A DNA stretch of 63,738 nucleotides, counting the filler. It is 21 parts of 21 records of this genome, joined end to end, with 100 filler letters (N's around TTAATTAATTAA, not from the genome) between each part and the next. Parts side by side here need not be neighbours in the genome. Positions count along the whole stretch, not along the records: positions 23,530 to 26,544 come from SRR36015646_23095; positions 26,645 to 32,674 come from SRR36015646_23357; positions 32,775 to 35,217 come from SRR36015646_23867; positions 35,318 to 38,143 come from SRR36015646_23969; 17 more parts are not named here. One strand, written 5' to 3'. Each line of letters opens with the position of its first letter. Position 1 is the first letter of the stretch. Positions 24,255 to 36,389 of this stretch are shown here, one piece after another. A model generated the notes under the pieces. It ran no database searches. It worked only from the letters and a program-made list of their open reading frames with translations, and had not been told where the DNA came from. Position numbers and translations under genes: made by a program.

Positions 24255-26424
24255 TTATTCAGATTGTGTATTGAAGTCTTTTCTACTCTCAAATACGGGC
24301 ATCTGCTTTCTGGCAGCAATTCTTGCCCTAATGAAGCCATCTCTGTTCACGTGACCAAAAACAGACTGTGCGGCCTCAGTCACAAGTTTTACACAGCGTT
24401 CCACAGACTGAGTGTGGCAAGGGAAGTCTCTGATGAATTTAATGTCATCAGCAGCAGATTCATCAGCTCTCACAAAGGTATCAAACAACTTCTCAGTTTT
24501 AACATGGGCAATAATAGGGGGGTCAAATTTTGTGTCATCTTCTGTCCAGTCAATCATTTCCATGTAGCTAGCTGCGCTAAAGTTCAGTATTGGCACTTGA
24601 AACATTCTCCGTTCAGCACTCTGCCTGGCATTTATAACCCGACGGCAAGCAAGTTCTCGGATGTGAGGTCGACAGTCAAATAGCATTGCCAGAATAATGT
24701 TTTCACCGTGAGCAAAGTAGGCATTCCTACTAATTGTTTTCTCAACAATTGCCAGATGCTCCGGTGACAGGAACCTACAAGAAACAATCATATCATAAAG
24801 GTGAACGGCTGCAAGTGTAACACTCTGGTGTTGCTTAACATTAAACCACATAGGTCCATATACTTTTACAATGTATTCAGTTAACAGCTGCAGTTCATTG
24901 GATGGTTGCTCAGACGCAACATACAGTCTGCATATCCTGTTGGCAGTAGTGAGCCAGCGTGAATGTGACATTTTCCCTGGTGACCTATTTTCTAATCCAG
25001 TAGGTACTTTTCCATCCATGATTGCATTACAGATTCTTAGCAAATACTCCTGGTCTGAACTAAGGTCATCACACTTGAACACAGGGAAATTAGGAGACTC
25101 TACTTTACGAAATTCAACTACTGGTAGAAGACAGTTTGCTAACTGTTTGCCAATTGGTCCATTGAAAGAGCACGGTCCTTCAGTAGTGCCATCAAGTTTA
25201 TGTAGAAGATGGCGAAGCGGCAGTTCATTAAAATGCAGAAGGCATATAAACCATTGCAAATTTCGTCCCAAGTAGCGTTCCATTTCGGCTATCACTCCAC
25301 CCTTTTTGCCAGTGTTGGTAACAGTGCCATCACAACCCATAGCAATAAGTTCTCTAAGCGAATTTTCGCTTGCAAGATACTCAATAATGCATTTAGAAAT
25401 CTCTTTCGCTGTGCCATTCTCAGGTGCCAAGTGATTGAGATAATCACCATCTGGCTGCGAAATAAGACTCATATGTTCTTCTTTTACAATATGCTTGGAG
25501 GGTCCTGTGACTAAGGTATCATCTTTTCTGCCATCAAAATATAAACCACGTACCGTAGTGCTTTTAATACATCTAAGGCCTGTTCTCATCTTTTTCCGTT
25601 CTCGTGCAACTTTACATTTGTCAATGATATCTGGAAATTCAATGTCGTGCATTGTGGCTGAGACAAGTGCTGCTGCACCACGATTTGAAATCCCATATCT
25701 GTCTGCTTGTAGAGCCACGGAAGGAAGCATTATTTTAAGTTTATTTGCACTTTGACTCGGGCCCGCATAAACATCAGATTGTTCATCTAACTCAGCATCC
25801 GTACCTGAATCTGTCACATCAGCGGCCACAATATTTTCGGGATTATGTGTTTCAAAGCTGGTTTCCTTTCGTTGGTCTTCTATCAACTTTCGTGACTCCA
25901 AATTAATTTTCCGTTTTTCTCTGTCAGCATATTTTTGCGTCATCACCCTGTCTACATTTGCAATAAACATTGTGCGGGATGTGCGTTGATCATCCAGAAA
26001 CACTTTCTCTGCACCTGGCACATTTTCATCACAGGCAATATCAAAAAGTAAAACACTCTTCTCTTGGTACCGGTCTAGTTTTGCCAAAAATCCTGCCGTG
26101 GTTCTTCGCTTCTGAGGCATACTATAGATCTCCGTAAAACATTTTTCATAGTGGCATTTAATTTTGTGACTTATGTTATTTTTGTCAATCATCGGAACTG
26201 AACCTTGTAGCCATATGTCGGACAGCTTGTCAGAAACAGCATTACATACATCGCGAATGTTCGGATTAAGTTTTGTATTGCTGCCAGTTTTAAGTTGTTC
26301 GCGAGTTATATCGTAACATAGCATTACATCACCATAGGTTGGCAATTGGGTCCGAGGGAGCTCTGACGGTTGCCCATATAATGTCTGCAGTTTCTTTACG
26401 AGTTATCTTCTTTTTAGCACTCAT
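24255..26424 (-). mobile_element. hAT-superfamily-like (hATm-type) DDE transposase, with an apparent 1-nt frameshift near the start
   Basis: LYFDGRKD, KEEH, GCDGTVTNTG, WFICLLHFNELPLRHL, HSRWLTTANR, PCHTQSVERCVKLVTE. The ATG at 26424 (MSAKKKITRKETAD) is 79 nt upstream of, and out of frame with, the track ORF starting at 26345. Subfamily call is from memory. Confidence 0.7.
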
Positions 26425-26644
26425 ATTGCCTAAAATAAAAAGCAATATAATGCAACGGATAAAAGTAAATACATGTAAGTAGACAAGACTATAAATTTAC
26501 ACTATATAATAGGCTGGGTCAAAAATACTTTTTTTTTAATATCTNNNNNNNNNNNNNNNNNNNNNNNNNNNNNNNNNNNNNNNNNNNNTTAATTAATTAA
26601 NNNNNNNNNNNNNNNNNNNNNNNNNNNNNNNNNNNNNNNNNNNN

Positions 26645-29600
26645 TGTGCGACTGGGTCTGGGGCAACAGCTGACGAGTCATTATCTAGTTTTCTAAGATC
26701 GACCGGCTCGTCAAGATCATTCGTAACATTATGGTCTACCTCCAAAATATGCAACCTTTGCACCGCTCTAACAAATTCACCCTTAGATGTTTTGAGCGTC
26801 ACCGAACGAACAACGCCATCGGACGATGGATGCAAACGAATAACACGGCCTAGTACCCAACGCAATCTAGGAACGTGATCTTCTTCTATCAAAACTATAG
26901 ACCCAAGTCCAATATCCCCAAGAAACTTGAACTTACTGACTGCAGTGGGAAGATTTCTCAAATAGGCCTTACTCCACACATTCCAAAAATCATGCAACAA
27001 CTGCTCGTGCCACTGTACCTGTTCATTCAACGACTGATGAGATACGTCAAGAGAAAGTACTGGGGGTTGCAAAGTCGTACGACGGCCTATAAGAAAATGA
27101 TTCGGACTAAGAGCAATGGGACAGTCAACAGTATCCCCTACGAATGTCAATGGGCGAGAGTTTATGGTGGCTTCAATCTCAATCAAAATAGTTTCAAGTT
27201 CTGCCTTTGACAAAGAAGCTGAACCAACAGTCTTCTTGAGAGAACTCTTAATGGGGCCTACTAGTCTCTCCCACCAACCTCCCCACCATGGGGCACGAGG
27301 GACTGTATTTCTCCACTTGACGGTGTTAGATCCTAGATGTTTCTGCAACAAAGATTCTGCTGCCTTGAAGGTTTTGGCGTTATCTGTATATACCTCCGCA
27401 GGTAATCCTCGCCGCGAAATGAATCTTCGAAAAGCAAGAATAAACTGGGCCGTGCTAAGAGAATCGACTAATTCAATGTGTATGGCTCTAATTACTGCAC
27501 AAACAAAGAGGCAGATATAGAATTTGTGACCAGTAAAGTCGTGGCAATACAAAGGTCCAGCAAAATCTATGCCTGTTCTCACAAAGGGTGGCATCTGACT
27601 GACTCTGTTACCATGTAGAGGAGCTGCAGGTTTATTACAAGCTTGGTTATCTTGTCTAGAGCAATGCACACACTGACGCTTGACAGTTTTAGCTAATCTT
27701 CTAGCCCCTACAATCCAAAATCTATCTCTCAGAGATGAAAGCAAAGAGTCCACACCTGCGTGTTTCAAACTGACATGCTCACACCTCACTAATAACAAAG
27801 TGGCATAGCACGAAGGCAGGATAATCGGATGCTTTTCTTCGTAGGAAAGCTCCGACAACTGTAATCTACCTTTCAATCGTAGAAGACCATCATTGTCAAG
27901 AAAGGGGGTTAGCGAGGCAATGCTAGAAGACTTCGCAACCGGACGGCTTCTTCGCAATGCTGCAATTTCAACACTGTACGAGTCATTCTGAATTTCCCTG
28001 AAAATGACTAATCTACCATTAGATAATTCCTCAGAGCTCAAATCACCAGAAACTCTAGAATCGGGTTCTGTACGACAGTTACGCAAGAACCGATTGACCC
28101 ATCCAGCAATACGAACCAATCTGGTAAATGAGCTATGGCGTTTCCAGTCAAATACAGAATGCACTGCAACAGACTCTGGAACTGCACAAGAAGTCGAGAA
28201 AGAAGCCAGTTCAACACTGGACACCGTTCCAACCGTAAACGATCCCTTCTTCGCCTGAGAGGGAAAACAATCATCAGGTTTACTCAGCCAATCTGGTCCA
28301 ACAAGCCACATTTCAGATTCCACCAAGTCAACAGCAGAAATTCCGCGTGTAACCAAATCCGCGGGATTTTCTCTACCAGGGCAATGGTACCAGGCATCCG
28401 GACTGGAAAGAGATTGTATCTCCGATACCCTGTTAGCAATGAAGGGCTTCCACTTATGAGCATTACTCTTGATCCAGCAGAGGGCAACTTGTGAGTCAGA
28501 CCACAAACGATAATTATAGCATTCAGGAAGCCTAAGAGATTCGCCTACAAACCTTAGCAAGCGAGCGCCTACAAGACAGGCCAAAAGCTCAAGTCTGGGC
28601 AAGCAAATTTTCTTGAGAGGAGCCACTCTAGCTTTCGACATGACTAAGGATGTTTCAATGTTAAGACCAGTAGCACGAAGATAGGCTACAGCTCCATAAC
28701 CTACTTCTGACGAGTCGCAAAATACATGCAATTCAATGTTTGTCAAACATCCCCAGGACATGCTAAAATAGCATCGATTCACTTGCCAAGAACCAATAAT
28801 GTTCAATCCACTAAGCCATGCAAGAAATTGACCTTTAAGCGGGTCACAAACCTCACTATCCCAATCAAATCCTTCACGCCATACTTGCTGGAATAGAATC
28901 TTACCTCTCATAATAAAAGGTGTTACCAGGCCTAGAGGGTCGAAGAGACGGGCTAAACAGCTTAACACTACCCTTTTAGTGACCGTGTCAATTAATAGCG
29001 GGGCAAAGCTGAAGAAGAATTTATCTTCTGTCGAATTCCAGTTTATACCCAGCACTTTAGACTCGGTACTTGCTGACAGGTCTTTAACAACAAATTGTTT
29101 ACGGACATTATTCGAGCTGGAATTCCACTTACTCAATTTCAAGTTTGCTTTTGACATAATGTCATAGGCCTGTTCAAACATGCAAGTAGCCTGTTCTTCA
29201 GTGTCTGCGCCAGACAGAAAATCATCAACGTAGAGATTTTCCGTTAGTTCTTGGACAATTCTACTGCTCTGATCAAACTGAGCCAAATGATGTCTAGTAA
29301 CTGCATTAAGCAAGAAGGGACTGCTTTTAATGCCAAAGGTTACTCGATTAAACCTCATGGTGCGAATCTGACCATTCTGAAGCCAAAAAAACCTATGAAC
29401 ATCCTTGTCCTTTTCGAACAAGCAAATCTGCAAGAAAGCCTTCGAGATATCTGCAGTTATAGCTATTAGCCATCTTCGAAAGCGTAACAGGATCTCTACT
29501 AACCCAGTCAATAGGCAAGGACCAGCCTCTAAACAATCATTTAGAGACACTCCATTAGGGCCAGAAGCTGAGGCATCGAACACTGGTCTGACCTGAGTTG

Positions 29601-32010
29601 TACTACTATCCGCCTTTATCACAGGCCTATTCGGAAGATAGAACATGGGGTAGTTAGAGTCACAACTATCCGGCTTGACTTCCTCAATAACACCCATCTC
29701 TTCCATGTTAGACAATGCGAGGTCATAGTTTAGCTTTAGGTCCGGATCTTTGGCTAACTTACGAGAGAGACTGTGAAGTCTACTCAAAGCAAGGCTTTTG
29801 TTGCACAAAAGAGCTGGCTTTTCGGGCCCAGCTTTCCAAGGGAGGGACACAGTATACCTGCCATCTCGAAACTCTACAGTTTTCTCAAAAGCTTCCAAGA
29901 CAGGATCAGCAACTGGCTTCTCCTTGGGGTTAATACCGATAGTTTCAAGTTCCCAAAAAGTGCGCACCCCAGCTTCCGATATGGGTGGATCCTGGATACA
30001 CATAAAAGTGTGAGAAAAAGTGTCATGACTACTAGAAGTAGCCTTACAAGGCACCTTACCCGACAAAATCCAACCGAAGACTGTTTCTTCAGCGACCGCT
30101 AGATCTGACAATCTAATTGTACCTTCCTTCTGGAGAGCCCACTTATTGTCAAGGCCTATCAACAAATCAATGGGAACTTGTTCATTCCTATCGTAACTGT
30201 TAGCCAAAACAAGACCAGACAATTTATCGACCACAGATTTGTCCAAGTTCATCAAAGAAAGGGTCGAGGTAATTTTCGGAACTTCCGTTACTGCAAACGT
30301 GACAAAACCGACATCACTATCTGCCAATGAACACTTAGTCTGCACTTCGAATATGTTATGCGCTTGACCTTTCACCTTCCTTCCACCAAAAACTGACTTC
30401 GACAAATTTATTGAAGAAAGCCTTTTAGGTCTGATACGATTAGCAAACGACTGTGAAATGTACGACCTATCAGATCCCTCATCGAAAAACAGGTAAGCAT
30501 CAACCACCCCATTTCTTCCCTGAACCGACACCTTAGCAATTTTCATTAATACAGACTGATCATCACTACAGGTAGTGGAAGTGAGAGAAACGTGAGCAGT
30601 TAACTTGTCTTCCCTTACAACTGGAGCAGACTTAATAGAGGGCTCGACAACAGTGGGTTCACTAGAAGAATGATCTGCCGATCTAGGCTTACCACTTGAA
30701 ACTGCAGGAGCCTTTCTACACAATAGCTTGTGATGCTTACCGTTACACACAGAACAACTACATTTGCAAGTTCTAGCAATGTGTCCCAATCTCAGACAGA
30801 CAAAACAAACACGGGATGCCTTTACTTTAGCATGACGTTCATCTAACGTCATTTGACTAGAGCTCCAGCAATTCTTCGAAGCATGGTTTGATCTGTCACA
30901 AAAAATACAAGCGTTAGAGGGAGCATCAAAAGTATCAGAGGAAGCTTGCAGGGATGCTGCTGTCGATGTTCGCCGGTTGTAGTTGTTCGTTCGGTTTTCC
31001 TTTGCAATCGAGCTTTGCTTAGCAGAGGATTTAGAGGATTGTAAGTTTTCACAATCTAGGGACATAACTTCCTTAACAGCTTCGGACCGTTCTCGAAGTT
31101 CAACTTCCCTTTTCAAAAAAGATAGCAATCCGGCAAGATTACTTTCCTTGCCAGTACAGGACCGTGCCCATTCCAAACGAATATCAGAGGGTAGCCTAGA
31201 CAGGATGACAGGTGTCAAAATAATACCATAAGTGTCACCCTTTACATCTAAAGACTCAAGGCCTCTAATATGAATCAACAGCTCTTCTTCGAGCTTTCTA
31301 AGGCAACTCGTTGGAGAACCGACAAAGTTAGAAATGGATACCGATAACAATGCCTGGATATGGGCCTGAATCACGGTTTCACGACGACCAAACCTTTCCT
31401 GCAAAATGTTGCACGCTGAACGATAATTGGCAGCAGTGAGAGCGATACCTTCTATAGCTGACTTAGCCTCCCCTACAACGAGCGACTGCAAATACGAGAA
31501 TTTGGTGATAGCGGGCAACTCTGATTCATCTACAACAGCTTTGAACCGTTCCCAAAATGTCTGCCATTCAGTCACTTTACCACTGTACTTGGGCAATTCT
31601 AACCGTGGCAACTTAACGGTGTGTAGACGACCAGCATGAGATGCCGAACCAGGGTCACAACTATGAACACTACTATTAGGATGATCAGGGTTGCTAACAT
31701 GACTGGGAACCGTGGGATGCTCAGCGAGCCATTCTGCAGCCTTCACCCGTACTGCATCACAAAGAGATCTAAAAGTAGCAGCGGCCTCTATGTCCGCTTC
31801 TAGCTTATCATCATCAGTTAACAATTCAATTTCACCCTGAATCCCATCGAGAGAGGCCATACGTACATCGAACAAGGAAACAGCCAATTCAAGGGCAACC
31901 TTAGATACCGGTACATCCGCAGATGTCAAAATATCATTTATCGCCTTCGTAGAACGTGTTAACCACCCTTTGGCAGCCACACGTTTCTTCAAAGAAACTT
32001 CCAGCGACAT
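26645..32010 (-). mobile_element. BEL/Pao gag-pol polyprotein, nearly complete (about 1790 aa)
   Basis: VKLPRLELPKYSG gag, triple Cys/His knuckles, FDEGSDRSY protease, YVDDF RT, FCDSSE RNase H, GIDFAGP...DNAKTF...PWWGGWWERLV integrase. Confidence 0.96.
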
Positions 32011-32819
32011 AATACTGGGGTCCGGGGCCGGGTTTATATCAAGTTTGTTACAACCGTTTAGGCCTAGTTGTTAACCAGTGTTAACAATGTGACAATTTAG
32101 GCATATGATTGTCAAACAAATGTAATTATGCAATTCAAAACTACACTACATGTATATAGGCAAAGGCCTACTTGGCTACAATCTGCAAATTGCACTACCT
32201 AGAGCATGTAGAGTGTGAATACTAACCAGTGATAGCCTAGCCTAGTGACCTATTCAAACCTACTACTAGCATGACTATCAACATGTCAAATAAACAGCGG
32301 CACATAGCCAACAACAGCCTAATCGTGACAAAGAAAATTGGCACTGTGCTCCAAATAATATAGCAGATAGCTTACGACGACAACTTAGCTAAGCATATAT
32401 TAAAGCAGGGCAATGTAATTTGAGTGACAACTATGCAGTGGACATCGGTGGGCAAAATTTATACTACAAACAGACAATTACGACAAGTTCAACCTAGCAT
32501 AGTTTAAATTTACCTGAGAGCCTATTATCCACTCAAAATTATCACTTACACAAGTACAAATTACAAACCCTGAAGGCTTTACCTGTTCACGCTGTTACTC
32601 AATTTAACAAAAAATGCACAGATGCACAACACAGTTGAACCACTATAGGCTACTAGTTCCTGTCCATATCAACANNNNNNNNNNNNNNNNNNNNNNNNNN
32701 NNNNNNNNNNNNNNNNNNTTAATTAATTAANNNNNNNNNNNNNNNNNNNNNNNNNNNNNNNNNNNNNNNNNNNNTGTACATATTAGTGATTGCTATTACG
32801 CCACATATTTAGTTAAAAG

Positions 32820-34433
32820 ATGGATACAGCACGTGTGTTTGCTTATTTGTTCCATTTGGAACGTCATCCACACGCAAGAATTCTGAAGTTCCCATATGCG
32901 AACACACGATTTCTCGCATTCAGTGATCCTGCGATCTCAAAGAAATACGGAAATACCATTCAGTCATACATCGTGCCAATTGAGCGGGCATTATTTATAC
33001 CGGCTGGCACGGTCCCATCGAAGCAGCTGTTGGAAATGCTGCCACAATTCGGTATAGCGCCAGTCCGCTATACCAAGGAGCAGGCGCACCTCGCGTGCCT
33101 CCTCCTGAAGGACTTCCCCGAAGCCTTTACCGATTTCGCCATACGAGCACCTGAGGTGGCGAAACTCTATCGACTAATGTTGAATTTCAGCTCGTTGTTC
33201 GCCACCTTGTTACAAGAGGTAGCGTTGGGGCGGGGATGTCTAAGATCCCGCCAGGCGAGACACGAACTAACCGCACCGATAGAGGAGGAGCGCCTAGCCG
33301 AAGTGTTCAACGGCTCGGCACTATTGCTACAACTGGAAGGGGGGCAATTAATAACCCCTAACATCGAATACGCAGACTCCGATGCAGTTAGGCAAGCGAC
33401 AGACGAGTCCTACCAAGACGAATCGTTAGTAGGGGTCGAACCCCTACTCCCGATGTTAACCGAGGCGGAGGTGGCAAGTTATGTGAATACGCTAGGAACC
33501 GAGGATGCAGAGGAAGAGATGCCAGGCCAAAACCTGGCCTATACGGAGAACAAACCATACCGAATGCGGGTATGTAAACCGCCGCATTACGCTGCGTTCG
33601 CATGGACAGGCAGCCACTCTAATCCGCCCTCACCGGAACTAATCATTAGTGGACGAGGAGAGATGGTATGCGTGCATTGTGGCGAACAATGCCAATGCAC
33701 CGTATGCCATTTCGTACCGCAGCCGCCGAGTCCGTATGACCAGTACACGGCGCTCGCGAGCAAACTGTACGAAGGTAACCACGAGCAAAATCAGTGGGCA
33801 CCGTCGTCGCCACGAGACACACCGCCCACAGGTACACCAGACTTTACACCGCCATACGAGGGATCTCCCGGAACGACGCCACCACAAGTAGATTCGCCCT
33901 CAGCCAGCGAAGAACCGTCGTCACCACCCTATGCTCCGTCGTCGTCAGACGATGAAATCGAGGTCGACGAGGAAGTGGCAGCACTGACGGCCGGTTTGTT
34001 AAGTGGCCTGCACCCCGAACCATCGTCAACATCGAACGTGACAAATGAGAAACCGTGTACACTAAGATGCGGGTTCTGCAAGACTACGTTCGTGAGAGAC
34101 AAAGGGCATTGCCTATGCAGACGGATACTGGGACTGACTGGGAATACGACAAAAGTAGCCGAATCGCCAGCCAGCCCAGAAGGTGTCGAGCAGGACGGCC
34201 TCACGACGGAGGAAGAAAGCTCAATCGAATCAGAAACGGATACTCAAGATGAGATGGAGGAGCCGAGTGATTCAATAAATAAAAAGCTAAAAGAACTTGC
34301 CGAGCTCGCAGAGCGTCAGGAAAGACTTATTAATGATACTAAACGCGAAGACGAAGCGTTCGCTGAACGTCGAAACAGACTAGCCGGACTAACCGCCCGA
34401 CGGGATTCCGATGATGAAGCCGGATGGGAATGA
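32820..34433 (+). CDS. Orphan 537-aa protein with two Cys clusters, Pro/Ser and acidic tracts, and a C-terminal coiled-coil-like segment
   Basis: Long intact ORF, richer in GC and CpG than its flanks. CVHCGEQCQCTVCH and CTLRCGFC...HCLC. No family recognised. Confidence 0.7.
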   Translation: MDTARVFAYLFHLERHPHARILKFPYANTRFLAFSDPAISKKYGNTIQSYIVPIERALFIPAGTVPSKQLLEMLPQFGIAPVRYTKEQAHLACLLLKDFPEAFTDFAIRAPEVAKLYRLMLNFSSLFATLLQEVALGRGCLRSRQARHELTAPIEEERLAEVFNGSALLLQLEGGQLITPNIEYADSDAVRQATDESYQDESLVGVEPLLPMLTEAEVASYVNTLGTEDAEEEMPGQNLAYTENKPYRMRVCKPPHYAAFAWTGSHSNPPSPELIISGRGEMVCVHCGEQCQCTVCHFVPQPPSPYDQYTALASKLYEGNHEQNQWAPSSPRDTPPTGTPDFTPPYEGSPGTTPPQVDSPSASEEPSSPPYAPSSSDDEIEVDEEVAALTAGLLSGLHPEPSSTSNVTNEKPCTLRCGFCKTTFVRDKGHCLCRRILGLTGNTTKVAESPASPEGVEQDGLTTEEESSIESETDTQDEMEEPSDSINKKLKELAELAERQERLINDTKREDEAFAERRNRLAGLTARRDSDDEAGWE

Positions 34434-35383
34434 TAGTTTGGAACACTCCAGCGATCGTTATTACGTTGGTGATTCATTAAGTTGGATAAGATACTTTGTT
34501 TAACTATCACATCGCTCGTTTTGTCCAGATGTTCGCTCGCGATTTCGCTGAATGACTTTCTCCACAGTAACTCTTTATAGGAGCAGATCTATTTCTGCCC
34601 TCTGTTTAGTCTGTTTAGCAGTACTGTCCATACTTCCAATGGTTAATGTCTAATATTGGGACAAGGTCTTACGAGTTGACAGTAAATTGATATGGAATTC
34701 TGTTTTTCCGTCAAAAAATATCAATGTGTAAGTGTATAACTGGAATATGACATATTAATAATACTATATGTATATTGCATTGAGATAATTAGGAAGAAAT
34801 ATTACAACATATGTTTACTGATTATAAGGTTTTAATGATAGAAATATATATATATATATTTAATTGGGAAATTATATTAAAGATAACTTGAAGTTTAATA
34901 CTGTTAGTACAGTGTAGGGATCTACACTAAATTCTGGTATGTGCTACGGTAAATAACACGAAAAAGATTTTCGGAAAGTTAAAGAAATTTTATTAAGAGA
35001 GTTTTCGCATATTTGCGATTGAACGATATGGAAGCTAGTACTTCCAAATAGCTCTATAAGACGAATGTCTTACTAGTCTCGTCTTATATATATGCTTGTA
35101 GTTTTGATTAAATTCGGGAAATAATTGGTAATTGTGTACCACAAGCATATTATTAGTTTTGAATATAGGAATATTTTGCATTTGAAGGCCATCTAATAAT
35201 GACCTTCAAATTTATAANNNNNNNNNNNNNNNNNNNNNNNNNNNNNNNNNNNNNNNNNNNNTTAATTAATTAANNNNNNNNNNNNNNNNNNNNNNNNNNN
35301 NNNNNNNNNNNNNNNNNATGTTTTTAAGGTGTAAATTTGTAAATATGAAAATAAAGTATTTTATTCATAGATTTGTAAATCTG

Positions 35384-35539
35384 ATAAAATATTTTATTCA
35401 TAAATAATACAACAAATATATAGTGTGGCAAGGTAGAAGTATAAAAAAGAATTATAATAATAAAAATAATAATAATGACATCAGAGAATGCAAATAAACA
35501 GAAAGCAGAATTAGTATATAAATATTTTATTTGCAATAT
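35384..35539 (-). promoter_or_regulatory. Conserved non-coding block array (copy 2)
   Basis: Same four blocks as 3299-3466, at 35384-35405, 35425-35440, 35473-35492 and 35526-35539. Confidence 0.75.
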
Positions 35540-35575
35540 TTTTGTCATAGATATATGTTTATATACAATTTATTT

Positions 35576-36166
35576 CTATATGTTATTTTTTATGATGTTA
35601 GTTAGCGTTTTGGCGCCTTCTTTGCTTAAGTGAATGTTATCAGTCGAGTAGAGAGGCCAGTAGGTGTAGCCACCAGCTATGAAAAACAAAGAAGTTTTAA
35701 TCCAAGTAACATTGAGTTTTAAAGACATGAATGATGAGTTATAGCTGGCTATTCTGCGGTTGATGGGTGAAGCCATCAGGCGTCCTCTTGGTAATAGTTG
35801 TATGACGAATATTTCAGCATTGATGAATGTGCCATGCAGCTGCATGATCATGGAGTTGAACTTTATAGTGGCTAACTTCGTCGGATCTCGATTATTGGCA
35901 CCAGCTAGGATCACCAGTTGAGAAATGTTGCTGGCGATCTGGCGGATTTCAGTGTAGTCTTCAGCAAATTCTGCTAAGTTGTCTAACAGGCCTCCATGTA
36001 GGCTGGCGATTGCAGTAGTCTCAGCATTGAAGCCAAACTGAGTTATTTCTTGATTTGAAAACAAACTTGAACCCAGTAACAGAGTCTGGGTGCTCTCAGT
36101 TATATTCTTGATGGTAACTTTGAATGGAGCATCTCTGATCTGTGATTTGAACGATTTTGAATACAT
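35576..36166 (-). CDS. Stand-alone SGNH/GDSL-family hydrolase (196 aa)
   Basis: Block I LLLGSSL, block III VILAGANN, LLPR, block V DNIHLSKEG. Confidence 0.85.
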   Translation of the reverse strand: MYSKSFKSQIRDAPFKVTIKNITESTQTLLLGSSLFSNQEITQFGFNAETTAIASLHGGLLDNLAEFAEDYTEIRQIASNISQLVILAGANNRDPTKLATIKFNSMIMQLHGTFINAEIFVIQLLPRGRLMASPINRRIASYNSSFMSLKLNVTWIKTSLFFIAGGYTYWPLYSTDNIHLSKEGAKTLTNIIKNNI

Positions 36167-36303
36167 GATGGTAATGATGAGTAGAATCGAATTGTGGATC
36201 TTTATATACTGATGGAAAAGTTGGCCAGTCTCTTTTTTGTAAGTGATAGCATGGCGTTTTTTATGCAGGTAGCTGACGGCGCGCCCACTGGCTACTCAGC
36301 TAC
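36167..36303 (-). promoter_or_regulatory. Putative TATA promoter and 8-bp stem-loop upstream of the SGNH gene
   Basis: TATATAAA (minus strand, 36208-36201) lies about 35 nt before the ATG, with an Inr-like TCATT between. Inverted repeat GTAGCTGA (36269-36276) / TCAGCTAC (36296-36303). Confidence 0.45.
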
Positions 36304-36389
36304 TGACATGTACCTACATGTGCTTTATTATAAGTTTGAATGTTTTGATTAGTTTCTGGCAGTTTTTGACAAATTTAATGGTGACAATA

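Noticed and set aside
26510-26544. TAGGCTGGGTCAAAAA as the TIR of the hAT-like element
   Set aside because: Wrong orientation for this element's end and no partner in the contig; it may be the start of a nested insertion but cannot be verified.
32011-32674. 5' LTR and PBS of the BEL/Pao element
   Set aside because: No second copy to compare, and no convincing TGG-starting PBS was found.
35324-35548. Small peptide shared with 3239-3463 (AFSDVI...FMNKIFY)
   Set aside because: The identity is at DNA level with no synonymous changes, and the middle block is read in different frames in the two copies (LLPCH vs TSTLPH). Treated as non-coding conservation.
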